64,000 nt of DNA, taken from assembly GCA_040389865.1 (NCBI GenBank), contig JAZJZM010000014.1:39531-103530 (forward strand), given 5' to 3'. Source of the DNA: Bacteroidota bacterium (lineage in GTDB: Bacteria; Bacteroidota; Bacteroidia; 2-12-FULL-35-15). This document shows, one piece after another, positions 19,551-28,760 of the stretch. The notes below the pieces were generated by a model. It had not been told where the DNA came from and made no database searches. It worked only from the letters and a program-made list of their open reading frames with translations. Each line of letters starts with the position of its first letter. Positions within the stretch are counted from its first letter, which is position 1. The position numbers and the translations under genes are program-made.

Positions 19551-20318
19551 ATGAGAGAAAAAAATAACAAAGTTGCATTGGTTACAGGCGGTACAGGTGG
19601 TATGGGTACTGCAATATGCGAAAGATTATATAAAGATGGATATACAGTAGTTGCCAATTACAAAGATTTTACCAAGGCGATGAAATGGAGAGAAGAAGCA
19701 AAAAAATGGCGTGATGACCAACTTAAAATGGGTTTTGATTTGAAAATTGTTCAAGGAGATATTTCAAATTGGAAATCTGCCGAAAAGATGATGAAGCAGA
19801 TCAATGATGAAGTTGGACAAGTGGATGTTTTGATAAATAATGCCGGTATAACAAGAGATTCAGCGCTTCATAAAATGAGCCCTGAGCAATGGTATGAAGT
19901 TATTGATACCAACCTTAACAGTGTATTTATTTGCACTCGCCTTGTAATTGAAGGTATGATAGCAAAAGGATGGGGACGTATTGTAAGTATCTCTTCTGTG
20001 AACGGACAAAAAGGACAATTCGGACAAACAAATTATGCTGCAACTAAAGCAGCTATGTATGGTTTCTCCAAATCACTTGCTTTGGAAGTTGCTAAAAAAG
20101 GTATTACTGTAAATACGGTTTCTCCGGGATATGTTGGCACTGCTATGGTAATGGCTATAAAAGAAGAAATACGTGATAAGATCATCGCTCAGGTACCACA
20201 AGGGCGCTTAGGTTCACCGGAAGAGATTGCAGGTGCTGTGGCTTATTTAACATCTGAGGAAGGACGTTATATTACAGGTGCCAATATTGCTATCAATGGT
20301 GGGTTGCATATGTTCTAA
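19551..20318 (+). CDS. phaB: SDR-family acetoacetyl-CoA reductase
   Basis: 'VALVTGGTGGMGTAI' Rossmann motif, 'NNAGIT', catalytic 'YAATKAA'. 255 aa with pha-locus context. Confidence 0.8.
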   Translation: MREKNNKVALVTGGTGGMGTAICERLYKDGYTVVANYKDFTKAMKWREEAKKWRDDQLKMGFDLKIVQGDISNWKSAEKMMKQINDEVGQVDVLINNAGITRDSALHKMSPEQWYEVIDTNLNSVFICTRLVIEGMIAKGWGRIVSISSVNGQKGQFGQTNYAATKAAMYGFSKSLALEVAKKGITVNTVSPGYVGTAMVMAIKEEIRDKIIAQVPQGRLGSPEEIAGAVAYLTSEEGRYITGANIAINGGLHMF

Positions 20319-20335
20319 GTTTAATTCACAAAGTA

Positions 20336-20395
20336 CAAAACCCAACAAAAATGAATATTGATTTTATTCATTTTTGTTGGGTTTTTCTTTTTCTA
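20336..20395. terminator. strong bidirectional intrinsic terminator
   Basis: Perfect 19-bp stem 'aaacccaacaaaaatgaat / attcatttttgttgggttt' followed by 'ttctttttc'. Sits between convergent phaB and the ATP-grasp gene. Confidence 0.8.
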
Positions 20396-20435
20396 ACAAT
20401 TGTAAAATTTTTAACGGATCAAATAATCTCCCCCC

Positions 20436-21914
20436 CTACAACATCTTAAAATCCCCGGCCTCCATCAAATCTTCTTCAGTTAATAATCCTGCATCAATAA
20501 TATCTGATTTGTATTGAGCACGTAAAGCTCTGATCCATCTTTTGCCACGGTCGGATAGCTTAAAATCATCGGACATCAAACGGCCTCTCATTACAAGAAT
20601 CCCCAGATCTGCACCTTCGTATAAATAGCCATCTTTTTGTGTGATCTGAAAAAAAAATGCTTCATTATCATCTACCACGGATTGACGGTGAGCATCCATC
20701 TTTTTGAATTTTATTTTTCCATTTTTTTTCATTTCCCAAATTCCGGATGATGGAGCTTCGGTAACAATTGCTAATGTTTTTTTTGTATGCTTAATTATCA
20801 GTTGACTCCAACTGTCATTATTTTCAGGTTGTGCCCAGCGGTCAGTTAATTCCTTTACATCTATTTCGTAAGGAACATCCATCCATTCCAATAAGTGAAA
20901 CAGAAAAAGAGGCACATCTTTCATTGCAAACAGTGCATGATTAGTTATGGAGCTTGCCCCTGAAATCCTTGGATTCAGCTCACCAAGATAAATTTCACCA
21001 TTATCCTGATCGATTAAAAAATCAAGTTCAAAATATCCTTTATATCCTTCCTTACGAAGCTGATCACCAAAAAGCTGAGTATATTTTGTTGCTTTTTCTC
21101 GTATGTCGGGAGTAAAGGCATTTGCATAAACCTCATTTCCGCACCAACCGCCTTTGTATGGGGTTAATTCTTTAAAACCTACCAATTCGGTCATTAAAGG
21201 AGCAACCAGGGTTCCGTGTTTTGTAACACATCCTTCAATAGCAGTTCCATAACAATTGATACGCTTCATTATTTTAACTTCTTTCTCCTTAATGATTTCT
21301 TCTTTGTGAAGATCGAATTCTTCTTCATTGGAAATAAAAAAAGTTGTATGTCCCGAATCACCAAATGGGGTTTGAACCACTAAATTTTCACCAAGCTTTT
21401 CAGAAATTTTACGTAATTGAGCATAATTTTCTAGTGAAGAAAGTACATAGGGAACACAAGCTACACCTGCCTTTTCAGCTATCCGGTTTGTATTTACTTT
21501 ATTGTCGAGAAAAGTTCTAAGCTTAGCGGAAGGAAAACATACATCAAGCCCCAATACTTTTGCAGCCTCTTCTGTTTTTTCATTGAACATCAAAAACAAA
21601 GCCTTCCCGGCTTTTCCATCCACACTTCTTGATTTTATAAAATCTTTTACTTCTGCATGTTGAAGTAAATAGTTATTTATATCCTCAATGCTTTGGAATT
21701 CTTCGTGAAGCATCTCTACTTTCGGAGAAAACAAATTAGGATGTAAGCCGTCAAAAGAATCGATATGACTGATGTATTTAAAATTATTTATCCATTCATC
21801 AATCCCTAATAAATTAAAGCTGGTAGCACTTATAAAGTAAATAGGTGTTTCATTAGATTTGAAAAACTGTTTTATTTCAGATAATCCTTTTAAAGTTTTT
21901 TGCTCTTTCATCAT
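20436..21914 (-). CDS. ATP-grasp-fold ligase of unknown specificity
   Basis: 492 aa. Central block 'GENLVVQTPFGDSGHTTFFI...' and 'GYFELDFLIDQDNGEIYLGELNPRISG' resemble ATP-grasp B/C subdomains. Lies downstream of and co-oriented with the decarboxylase. Confidence 0.55.
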   Translation of the reverse strand: MMKEQKTLKGLSEIKQFFKSNETPIYFISATSFNLLGIDEWINNFKYISHIDSFDGLHPNLFSPKVEMLHEEFQSIEDINNYLLQHAEVKDFIKSRSVDGKAGKALFLMFNEKTEEAAKVLGLDVCFPSAKLRTFLDNKVNTNRIAEKAGVACVPYVLSSLENYAQLRKISEKLGENLVVQTPFGDSGHTTFFISNEEEFDLHKEEIIKEKEVKIMKRINCYGTAIEGCVTKHGTLVAPLMTELVGFKELTPYKGGWCGNEVYANAFTPDIREKATKYTQLFGDQLRKEGYKGYFELDFLIDQDNGEIYLGELNPRISGASSITNHALFAMKDVPLFLFHLLEWMDVPYEIDVKELTDRWAQPENNDSWSQLIIKHTKKTLAIVTEAPSSGIWEMKKNGKIKFKKMDAHRQSVVDDNEAFFFQITQKDGYLYEGADLGILVMRGRLMSDDFKLSDRGKRWIRALRAQYKSDIIDAGLLTEEDLMEAGDFKML

Positions 21915-21920
21915 TTTGTA

Positions 21921-22036
21921 TTTAGATCTTGGATTTTAGATGTTGGACGTTAGATGTTGGACGTTAGATGCTGGATTTTAGATGGGTTTAAATGTGTGGC
22001 TCTAATATCTAAAATCCTATATCTAACATCTAACTA
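21921..22036. repeat. palindromic 'tagatgttgg' satellite between the decarboxylase and ATP-grasp genes
   Basis: Forward 'ttttagatgttggacgttagatgttggacgttagatgctggattttagatgg' and inverted 'ctaaaatcctatatctaacatctaac'. Confidence 0.7.
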
Positions 22037-24778
22037 CTATTTCTTAGCTTTAGCTTTACTCTCATTTAACTGCATCATCGCTCCCATTGCAGAAATTGTG
22101 TTTTTACGATTTAGCGCCTCTTCAGTAAATACTTTCAAACCAAGTTCAACACGGTAACCATGAATTTCCTTTACATCCAAAGCGATCATGAATCGGATAA
22201 TTTCTTCACTAACCACCTGCCCCGGCACTAATATTGGAAAGCCTGGTGGATATGGGATTACAAAGGAAGTAGAAACCAGCTCTCTTTTATTTGCTAACTC
22301 ATTTAAACATTGACTCAAGGGAACATAATCACACAATTCCTCTTCATACGCTAAAAAAAATGCTTCTCTGATATTACCACCCGGTACTCCTGGCGAAGCC
22401 TGAAATGAACGATGGAAATAGCTGAAATCAGGTAATGGCGGCACATCATTTATCAATGACAAAATCTGTTTTTGTGAAATTTCAGATTCCCTTTTATTTA
22501 ATGATCGGTTACTTTCATCCAATTCATCAGCAATTTGTAACAACGCATTTATCAAAAATGTAACACTGCCCCGTGTTGTACCAATATTGGTCATTAACAA
22601 AACAGTGTTGCGTGATGTTTTATTTACCTGGATATTGAAACGATCCATTAAGTAAGTATTCTTAAACGCATCCCCTGTTATTCCTGCCTTTCCAACTGAA
22701 AGGGTAATTTTTGTCGGATCCAATACAAACTCATCTTTCTCCCAGGATTCTTCCATCCGGGCCCATCCATCTTCAACAGTGTAATATTCGTTTGGTCCGC
22801 ATTCACGGTACTCCTCAGGTATAGTGTCTTTTACGGTAAGTATATGAAAGTACTTATTTAATTTAGGGTGGTTTTGTATCGTAGAACGCACGATCATTGC
22901 CATCTCAATACTTTTTTCAACCAATTCATATCCTTCCAATTCAACCTGTCTGCGCCCAGCATCCATTGATGCTAAGATCTGATAATTGGGTGAAGTGGTG
23001 GTATGTGTCATGTAAGATTCCTGAAAATTATCTGCAACCCTGCGGCTATACTCTTCATCCCAGATCTGTATCATCGATCCCTGGCGGAAACAAGAAAGTG
23101 TTTTATGTGTACTTTGTGTTGCATACACCCTGATCTTAACCTTTTCCGGATCAGGCATAGAAGGGATTTCATTGGGTTTTAACCCGGCAATATGTTCTTT
23201 GTATTTTGTTTTATACTCTTCGCTCCGGTATTTATGAAATAATTTTTGTGCCACATACATTCCTGTTCGTTGCTTGTAGGTGTATGTAAAACTTGCAAAT
23301 GCAAACCAGGCTTCATCCCATAAAAAAACCATATCGGGTTTAATGGCAAGCACTGTTTCCATTACCTTTTCAACATTATATACCAATCCATCGAAAGTAC
23401 AATTGGTAAGTAATAACATTTTCACTTTATCTAATCTGCCCGCTGTTTTTAACGCGATCAGTTTTTCTTTAATAACTCTCAATGGCACTGCGCCATACAT
23501 CGAATATTCTTCAATAGGATAAGAATCCAAATACGCGGGAAATGCGCCTGCTAAAACAAGTCCATAGTGATGCGACTTATGACAATCTCTATCTACGAGT
23601 ACTACATCACCCGGTTTTATTAATGCTTGTTGAACAATTTTATTTGCAGTAGATGTTCCGTTGGTAACAAAAAATGTATGCTCTGCTCCATAAGCTTTCG
23701 CTGCTTTTTCCTGAGCCTTTTTTAATGGACCTTTGGGTTGTAAAAGCGAATCAAGACCTCCATTGGTTGCCGATGTTTCTGCTAAAAAAACATTTCTCCC
23801 ATAAAACTCACCAAAATCAGCTATCCATCGCGATTTAAATACGGAGTTCCCTCTGGATATCGGCAATGCGTGAAACACGCTTGTCGGTTTTTTGGAGTAT
23901 TCTGTTAATGCAGTATAGAAAGGCGTTTCGAAGCGTTCATTGATTCCACTAATAATTGTTAAGTGAAGCTCCTGAACATCTTCCATCCGATAAAATATTC
24001 TTCTGAATGCCTTTTGTGTAGAATCTTTTAAATGAGTTAATGAAGTATCGGTGATATAATAAATATCTAATTCAGGTCGGAACTGATGGATATATTTCCC
24101 TAAAAGAGGCCCGATTTCAGCATCCGTTACATCCGACAGATCGATTTTTAAAACATTTTGAATAAATGGTTTTATAAGTTTGGTAATATTTGTTGAGGAA
24201 TGCAAAGGCGCATATCTAATACATGCGGCTTGTATGTTGTAATTAAAAAAAAGACATATTAAGGCATCCTGAAAAGAATGCTGCACCACCAGATCATACG
24301 TTAAGGAACTATTCGGATTAATCAGTTCCTTTATTTTATTTTTAAGAACCATCTCTTCATTAGCAGACATGTCTTCTACATAGAGTACTTCAAAATAATT
24401 TTTTTTAGAGCTGCTTGAATGTTTATCTTTTTTACTGTCGAGAGGAATGCCGGCATTATAATTTTCACCCAACATCTCCGGGTGAGTTCTATAATTATCG
24501 CTTACCAAAAGTTGAACTATTTCAGCAACCTGATTGCTAACGGCTTTTAATTCGCCCTTTTTAACAGATTTAATAATTCTCCTGACAAGGGTAGACCCCG
24601 GAAAAGAAAAATATTGCTCGATGCTTAATAAGTTTTGGAGAATTTCGTTCAATTCACTTAAACGTTCATCTAATAATGTTTCATTTGATTGAATACGGGT
24701 TATCAGATTACTTTTTTCTTTAAGCTCATTCCACAAATCAATTCTTAACTGATTTATATTGTAATGTTTTGAATTCAT
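22037..24778 (-). CDS. large-form Orn/Lys/Arg decarboxylase family (PLP, fold-I, OKR_DC_1) protein with N-terminal extension
   Basis: PLP-lysine block 'YATQSTHKTLSCFRQGS' and 'FFVTNGTSTANKIV' major-domain motifs. 913 aa against about 715-755 for AdiA/LdcC, with about 120 extra N-terminal coiled-coil residues. Confidence 0.8.
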   Translation of the reverse strand: MNSKHYNINQLRIDLWNELKEKSNLITRIQSNETLLDERLSELNEILQNLLSIEQYFSFPGSTLVRRIIKSVKKGELKAVSNQVAEIVQLLVSDNYRTHPEMLGENYNAGIPLDSKKDKHSSSSKKNYFEVLYVEDMSANEEMVLKNKIKELINPNSSLTYDLVVQHSFQDALICLFFNYNIQAACIRYAPLHSSTNITKLIKPFIQNVLKIDLSDVTDAEIGPLLGKYIHQFRPELDIYYITDTSLTHLKDSTQKAFRRIFYRMEDVQELHLTIISGINERFETPFYTALTEYSKKPTSVFHALPISRGNSVFKSRWIADFGEFYGRNVFLAETSATNGGLDSLLQPKGPLKKAQEKAAKAYGAEHTFFVTNGTSTANKIVQQALIKPGDVVLVDRDCHKSHHYGLVLAGAFPAYLDSYPIEEYSMYGAVPLRVIKEKLIALKTAGRLDKVKMLLLTNCTFDGLVYNVEKVMETVLAIKPDMVFLWDEAWFAFASFTYTYKQRTGMYVAQKLFHKYRSEEYKTKYKEHIAGLKPNEIPSMPDPEKVKIRVYATQSTHKTLSCFRQGSMIQIWDEEYSRRVADNFQESYMTHTTTSPNYQILASMDAGRRQVELEGYELVEKSIEMAMIVRSTIQNHPKLNKYFHILTVKDTIPEEYRECGPNEYYTVEDGWARMEESWEKDEFVLDPTKITLSVGKAGITGDAFKNTYLMDRFNIQVNKTSRNTVLLMTNIGTTRGSVTFLINALLQIADELDESNRSLNKRESEISQKQILSLINDVPPLPDFSYFHRSFQASPGVPGGNIREAFFLAYEEELCDYVPLSQCLNELANKRELVSTSFVIPYPPGFPILVPGQVVSEEIIRFMIALDVKEIHGYRVELGLKVFTEEALNRKNTISAMGAMMQLNESKAKAKK

Positions 24779-24792
24779 CTTTTTTGTATTGT

Positions 24793-24984
24793 GATGTTGG
24801 GGTATTAGATGTTGGATATTAGATGTTGGATATTAGATGTTGGATATTAGATGTTGGATGTTAGATGTTAGATGTTAGATGTTAGATGTTAGATATTGGA
24901 TGTTGGATGTTGGATGTTGGATATTTAATTCGGGTAAAGACACTTTTACAACCATAGCCTCCAACATCTAACATCCAACATCTA
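24793..24984. repeat. palindromic 'tagatgttgga' satellite array immediately upstream of the decarboxylase start
   Basis: About 13 tandem units 'attagatgttggat / gttagatgtta' over 24793-24925, then the inverted copy 'ccaacatctaacatccaacatcta' at 24961-24984. Confidence 0.75.
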
Positions 24985-24988
24985 TTCT

Positions 24989-25426
24989 TTAATGTTTCGA
25001 GTGAAGAGCCAACCTGTTTCCTTCTGAATCAATAAACAGGGCAAAATAACCAGCTGTATCGCTTAGGTAGCTCTTTTCCATCACTACCCTGCCGCCAGCT
25101 TCATTTACTTTCGATAATACGTTATTTAGATCAAATCCTCCATTTAAATAAATCAATGGACCAATTTCGCTCGGTACACAACCTTGTCCGGTCACTATTG
25201 CCCCTCCTATGCCGTTTTCGGCAGGAAAAAAGCCCATAGCAAATCCATTAAGTTCTACTGTTGTAATTTCGATCCCATAGATATAATTAAAAAAAGCAAC
25301 CGATCTGTAATGATTATAGGCCGGAATTTCAAACCAGGTCACAAAATCTTTGAATTCGGATTGTTCTTTCAATTTCAATAAATTGGCTTCTTTTATTTTT
25401 TCTTTTAAATTGACGGTGGATCCCAT
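24989..25426 (-). CDS. VOC/glyoxalase-family protein
   Basis: 145 aa, 'WFEIPAYNHYRSVAFFNYIYGIE' and a C-terminal 'GGRVVMEK...GYFALFIDSEGNRLAL' glyoxalase-like fold pattern. Confidence 0.65.
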   Translation of the reverse strand: MGSTVNLKEKIKEANLLKLKEQSEFKDFVTWFEIPAYNHYRSVAFFNYIYGIEITTVELNGFAMGFFPAENGIGGAIVTGQGCVPSEIGPLIYLNGGFDLNNVLSKVNEAGGRVVMEKSYLSDTAGYFALFIDSEGNRLALHSKH

Positions 25427-25776
25427 TGCTTTTGAATATTTTGTTTTTAATAATTCTATGTCCTGAAATAGAGCTGGGCTCTATAATTTGAAATATTTTG
25501 TCGTTATTCGCAGGCTGCTTTTACCCGTTTTTTACAGGAAATTTAATCAATTACTTTACACTCAAATTTACATTAAATATAACAATTAAAGCGATTAAAC
25601 GATTATTTAGACTTACGAAGACATTAGCGTTATGTTGATAAAGATACAGAAAGGTATTTAATATAAATTCAAATAAAACTCTAAATTTATAACCTGTTAA
25701 AAAAAAGCGAAATTTGATTTTATATTAAAACAAGGTCAGTTTAAAAAATTATCACATAAAATTTTTACAAAATATT

Positions 25777-27984
25777 TTGGCAACAACACTCGAAAAACTA
25801 AAGACAAATTATTGGTTTCAATCTATTTTGAATAGCTATAGTTTGATGTTTTTTTCTTTAAATAATGTTCTTGCGGCTATTATTTTAATAGTGACTTTTT
25901 TTTCGCCTTATGTAGGATTGTCGGGCTTGGCAGCAATCGTTCTAATAAACCTATCTGCCTATTTTATAGGATTTAACAGGGATGAAATACTGAACGGACT
26001 TTTTGGTTTCAATGCCTTATTTCTTGGCCTTGCTTTGGGGTATGAGTTTTCATTTAACCTACCCTTTATAGCATTATTTATAACAGCGGTTTTGATCCTG
26101 CTTCTAATTACTGTATGGCTGAAAGGATTGTTTTCCCTATACAATTTGCCATTTTTATCCTTTCCATTCATTCTTACGTATTGGATCATTTCTTTAGCAG
26201 CCTCCAATCTTACAAATGTTTATTTAGATGAAGATCACATTTATATTGCAAATGAACTGATACTTAATCAATCCTCTTCATTTTATCAGTTCGTTCATTC
26301 TTTCGACAACATCAACGTTTTCCCGTTTATTCTTATTTACTTTAAAACGCTTGCAGGTACTTTTTTTCAAAGTAGTGTTTTAGGCGGTATGTTAATTGCA
26401 GCCGGATTACTTTACTTTTCACGTATTGCTTTTTCCCTGAGCCTCATAGGTTTTTCTTCTGCTTTTTTTTTCTATTCAATATTTGGTGCGGATGTAAATG
26501 ACTTAAATTATAATTTACTTGGATCCAACTTCATGTTTCTCGCAATTGCGATTGGTTGCTTTTTTCTAATTCCCAACACCTATAGTTATATAACCGTTCT
26601 TATTCTCACACCTATACTAATGTTGGTATTATTATCATTTGGTAAAATGTTGGCAGTTTTTCAACTCAAAGCCTTTACCTTTTCATTTAGTGTTATCTGC
26701 ACCGCTTTCCTCTTTACATTGAATCAACGATGGTTTCAAAAGTATTTACATGTTGTTACCATTCAGTATTTTTCAGCAGAAAAAACCATTTATAAATACC
26801 TGAATTCCATTCAGCGTTTCAAAAACGAACATCTTCTTAAGATCATACTTCCATTTTCCGGAGAATGGAATGTAAGCCAGGGCTATGATGGAAAAATAAC
26901 GCATTTAGGCGATTGGAGTAAAGCCTTGGATTTTGTGATCGTTGATTCCAAATCCAAAACCTATCATGAGCCATCCAACTACAGAGAAGGTTTTTCCACC
27001 GAAAATTTTTATTGCTATAATAAAGAGATCTTTTCTCCTTATGATGGTTATGTGTATGACATCATTAATACTGTTGAAGAAAATGATGTTGGGGAAGTGG
27101 ATACAGCGCATAACTGGGGAAATACTGTTATTCTGAATCATCTTAATGGATTGTTTTCACAAATAAGTCACATTAAAAAAGATTCATTTAATGTTTTTAT
27201 CGGACAATATATTTATAAGGGCTCATTTATTGCAACCTGCGGAAATTCGGGACGTTCGCCTGAACCGCATATCCATTTTCAATTGCAAACAATTCCCTCT
27301 ATTGGGGCAAAAACATTAGCCTACCCTATTTCATATTTTATTGAACGGGAAGGAAAAAAGAAAACGCTAAAAATTTCGGAGATCCCTAAAGAAGGCTCCT
27401 TCATAAGTAATGTGCAGGTAAATGAAATATTGATCTTAAGCTTTTCATTTTTACCGGGACATAAAATTACCTTTCAAAAGGAAAACACCGCTTCTACTAT
27501 CATCTGGGAAGTTTTTACAGATGCCTGGAACAGAACGTATATTTATTGCCAGGAAAGCAAATCATACGCTTACTTTATCAATGATGGTGTAATGTTATAT
27601 TTTACCGATTTTGAAGGGGATCGAAAATCATTGTTGTTTAATTTCTATCTGGCGGCTTACAGGCAGCTGCTTGGATATTATGAAAACATTAAAATAAAAG
27701 ACAATGTTCCTTTAATTCATTTCAATAGTAAATGGCTACAGTTTTTTCAGGATTTTGTTGCTCCTTTTTACCTGTTCACGAAAGCCAATTTCAGCTCCAC
27801 ATTTACGTATACTGATAATATTTATGCCCCGCAAAAATTAATTATTAATGCTGAAGTTGAAACTAAACTTATAAACTATACATTTAAAAAAATTAATTTT
27901 GAGTTTGAATTAAAGGACAATAAAATTCATCGTTTCACCATTCATGGTAAAAATAAAACCGAATCCTATATACTCAATCGATAA
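25777..27984 (+). CDS. polytopic membrane protein fused to an M23 (LytM) peptidase domain
   Basis: TTG start. Residues 1-330 form about 9-10 TM helices. M23 blocks 'HLGDWSKALDFV', 'DGYVYDI' and 'GNSGRSPEPHIHFQLQ', then about 230 further residues. Confidence 0.7.
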   Translation: MATTLEKLKTNYWFQSILNSYSLMFFSLNNVLAAIILIVTFFSPYVGLSGLAAIVLINLSAYFIGFNRDEILNGLFGFNALFLGLALGYEFSFNLPFIALFITAVLILLLITVWLKGLFSLYNLPFLSFPFILTYWIISLAASNLTNVYLDEDHIYIANELILNQSSSFYQFVHSFDNINVFPFILIYFKTLAGTFFQSSVLGGMLIAAGLLYFSRIAFSLSLIGFSSAFFFYSIFGADVNDLNYNLLGSNFMFLAIAIGCFFLIPNTYSYITVLILTPILMLVLLSFGKMLAVFQLKAFTFSFSVICTAFLFTLNQRWFQKYLHVVTIQYFSAEKTIYKYLNSIQRFKNEHLLKIILPFSGEWNVSQGYDGKITHLGDWSKALDFVIVDSKSKTYHEPSNYREGFSTENFYCYNKEIFSPYDGYVYDIINTVEENDVGEVDTAHNWGNTVILNHLNGLFSQISHIKKDSFNVFIGQYIYKGSFIATCGNSGRSPEPHIHFQLQTIPSIGAKTLAYPISYFIEREGKKKTLKISEIPKEGSFISNVQVNEILILSFSFLPGHKITFQKENTASTIIWEVFTDAWNRTYIYCQESKSYAYFINDGVMLYFTDFEGDRKSLLFNFYLAAYRQLLGYYENIKIKDNVPLIHFNSKWLQFFQDFVAPFYLFTKANFSSTFTYTDNIYAPQKLIINAEVETKLINYTFKKINFEFELKDNKIHRFTIHGKNKTESYILNR

Positions 27985-28080
27985 TGGATAATGGATATTG
28001 GATAATTGATAATGGACAATCACCTAACAACTAACAACCATCAACTAGCAACTAACAACCATCAACTAACAACCAAACTA
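27982..28080. repeat. 'ataatggata' and 'caactaacaa' tandem word repeats
   Basis: 'ataatggataatggatattggataattgataatggac' followed by 'cacctaacaactaacaaccatcaactagcaactaacaaccatcaactaacaacc', the reverse complement of the 10137 array. Confidence 0.7.
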
Positions 28081-28082
28081 AA

Positions 28083-28697
28083 ATGAAACTATTAAAAAAA
28101 TCGATCAGCGTTCTTGTAATTTTAACATCATTAAATTTACATGCTCAGGACAAGGCGTTAATGAATGCTTTTAGCCAATCTTACGACTATGAAGCAATTC
28201 AAAAATACGAAGTGGCAATATCAACACTAAATGCTGTTTATAGCCCAACATCGTATGAAATTAATATTAGGATGGGATGGTTAAATTACCTTGCAGGTAA
28301 ACATAAAGAATCAATAACCTTTTATCAAAAAGCGATAGCCTTGATGCCCGCGGCCACCGAACCATTATGGGCCATCATTAATCCACTGACTAAATTAGAA
28401 AACTGGAATGAAATTGAAAAAACCTATCTCTCAATTTTAAAATTAGATTCGAAAAATGCAACGGCAAATTATAATTTGGGCATGATCTATTATTATCGTA
28501 AAGATTATGTAAATGCAAAGAAACACTTTGATACATCTTTAAATCTTTATCCATTTGGATATAATAATATGCTGATGAGTGCCTGGACAAATTACTTCCT
28601 TGGAAATAAAAATCAGGCAATAACTTTATTCAACAAATCATTATTATACAGTCCTAATAACAAATCCGCTTTAGAAGGATTAAGTTTGATCAAATAA
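28083..28697 (+). CDS. secreted TPR-repeat protein (paralog 1)
   Basis: Signal peptide and TPR-like repeats. Paralogous to 30071-30691 (shared 'GWLNY.AG', 'ANYN/KMG.I.Y.RKD', 'LYPFGY', 'EGLSL.K'). Confidence 0.65.
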   Translation: MKLLKKSISVLVILTSLNLHAQDKALMNAFSQSYDYEAIQKYEVAISTLNAVYSPTSYEINIRMGWLNYLAGKHKESITFYQKAIALMPAATEPLWAIINPLTKLENWNEIEKTYLSILKLDSKNATANYNLGMIYYYRKDYVNAKKHFDTSLNLYPFGYNNMLMSAWTNYFLGNKNQAITLFNKSLLYSPNNKSALEGLSLIK

Positions 28698-28760
28698 GCC
28701 AAAAAAATATCAATTTTGAAATTCCGGGAGACGATTTAAAATCGTCTCCTCTTCAGCTGA

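Noticed and set aside
24793-24925. Tandem arrays superficially resembling a CRISPR array
   Set aside because: Units are 10-20 bp with no unique spacers of uniform length and no cas genes. They are simple satellites.
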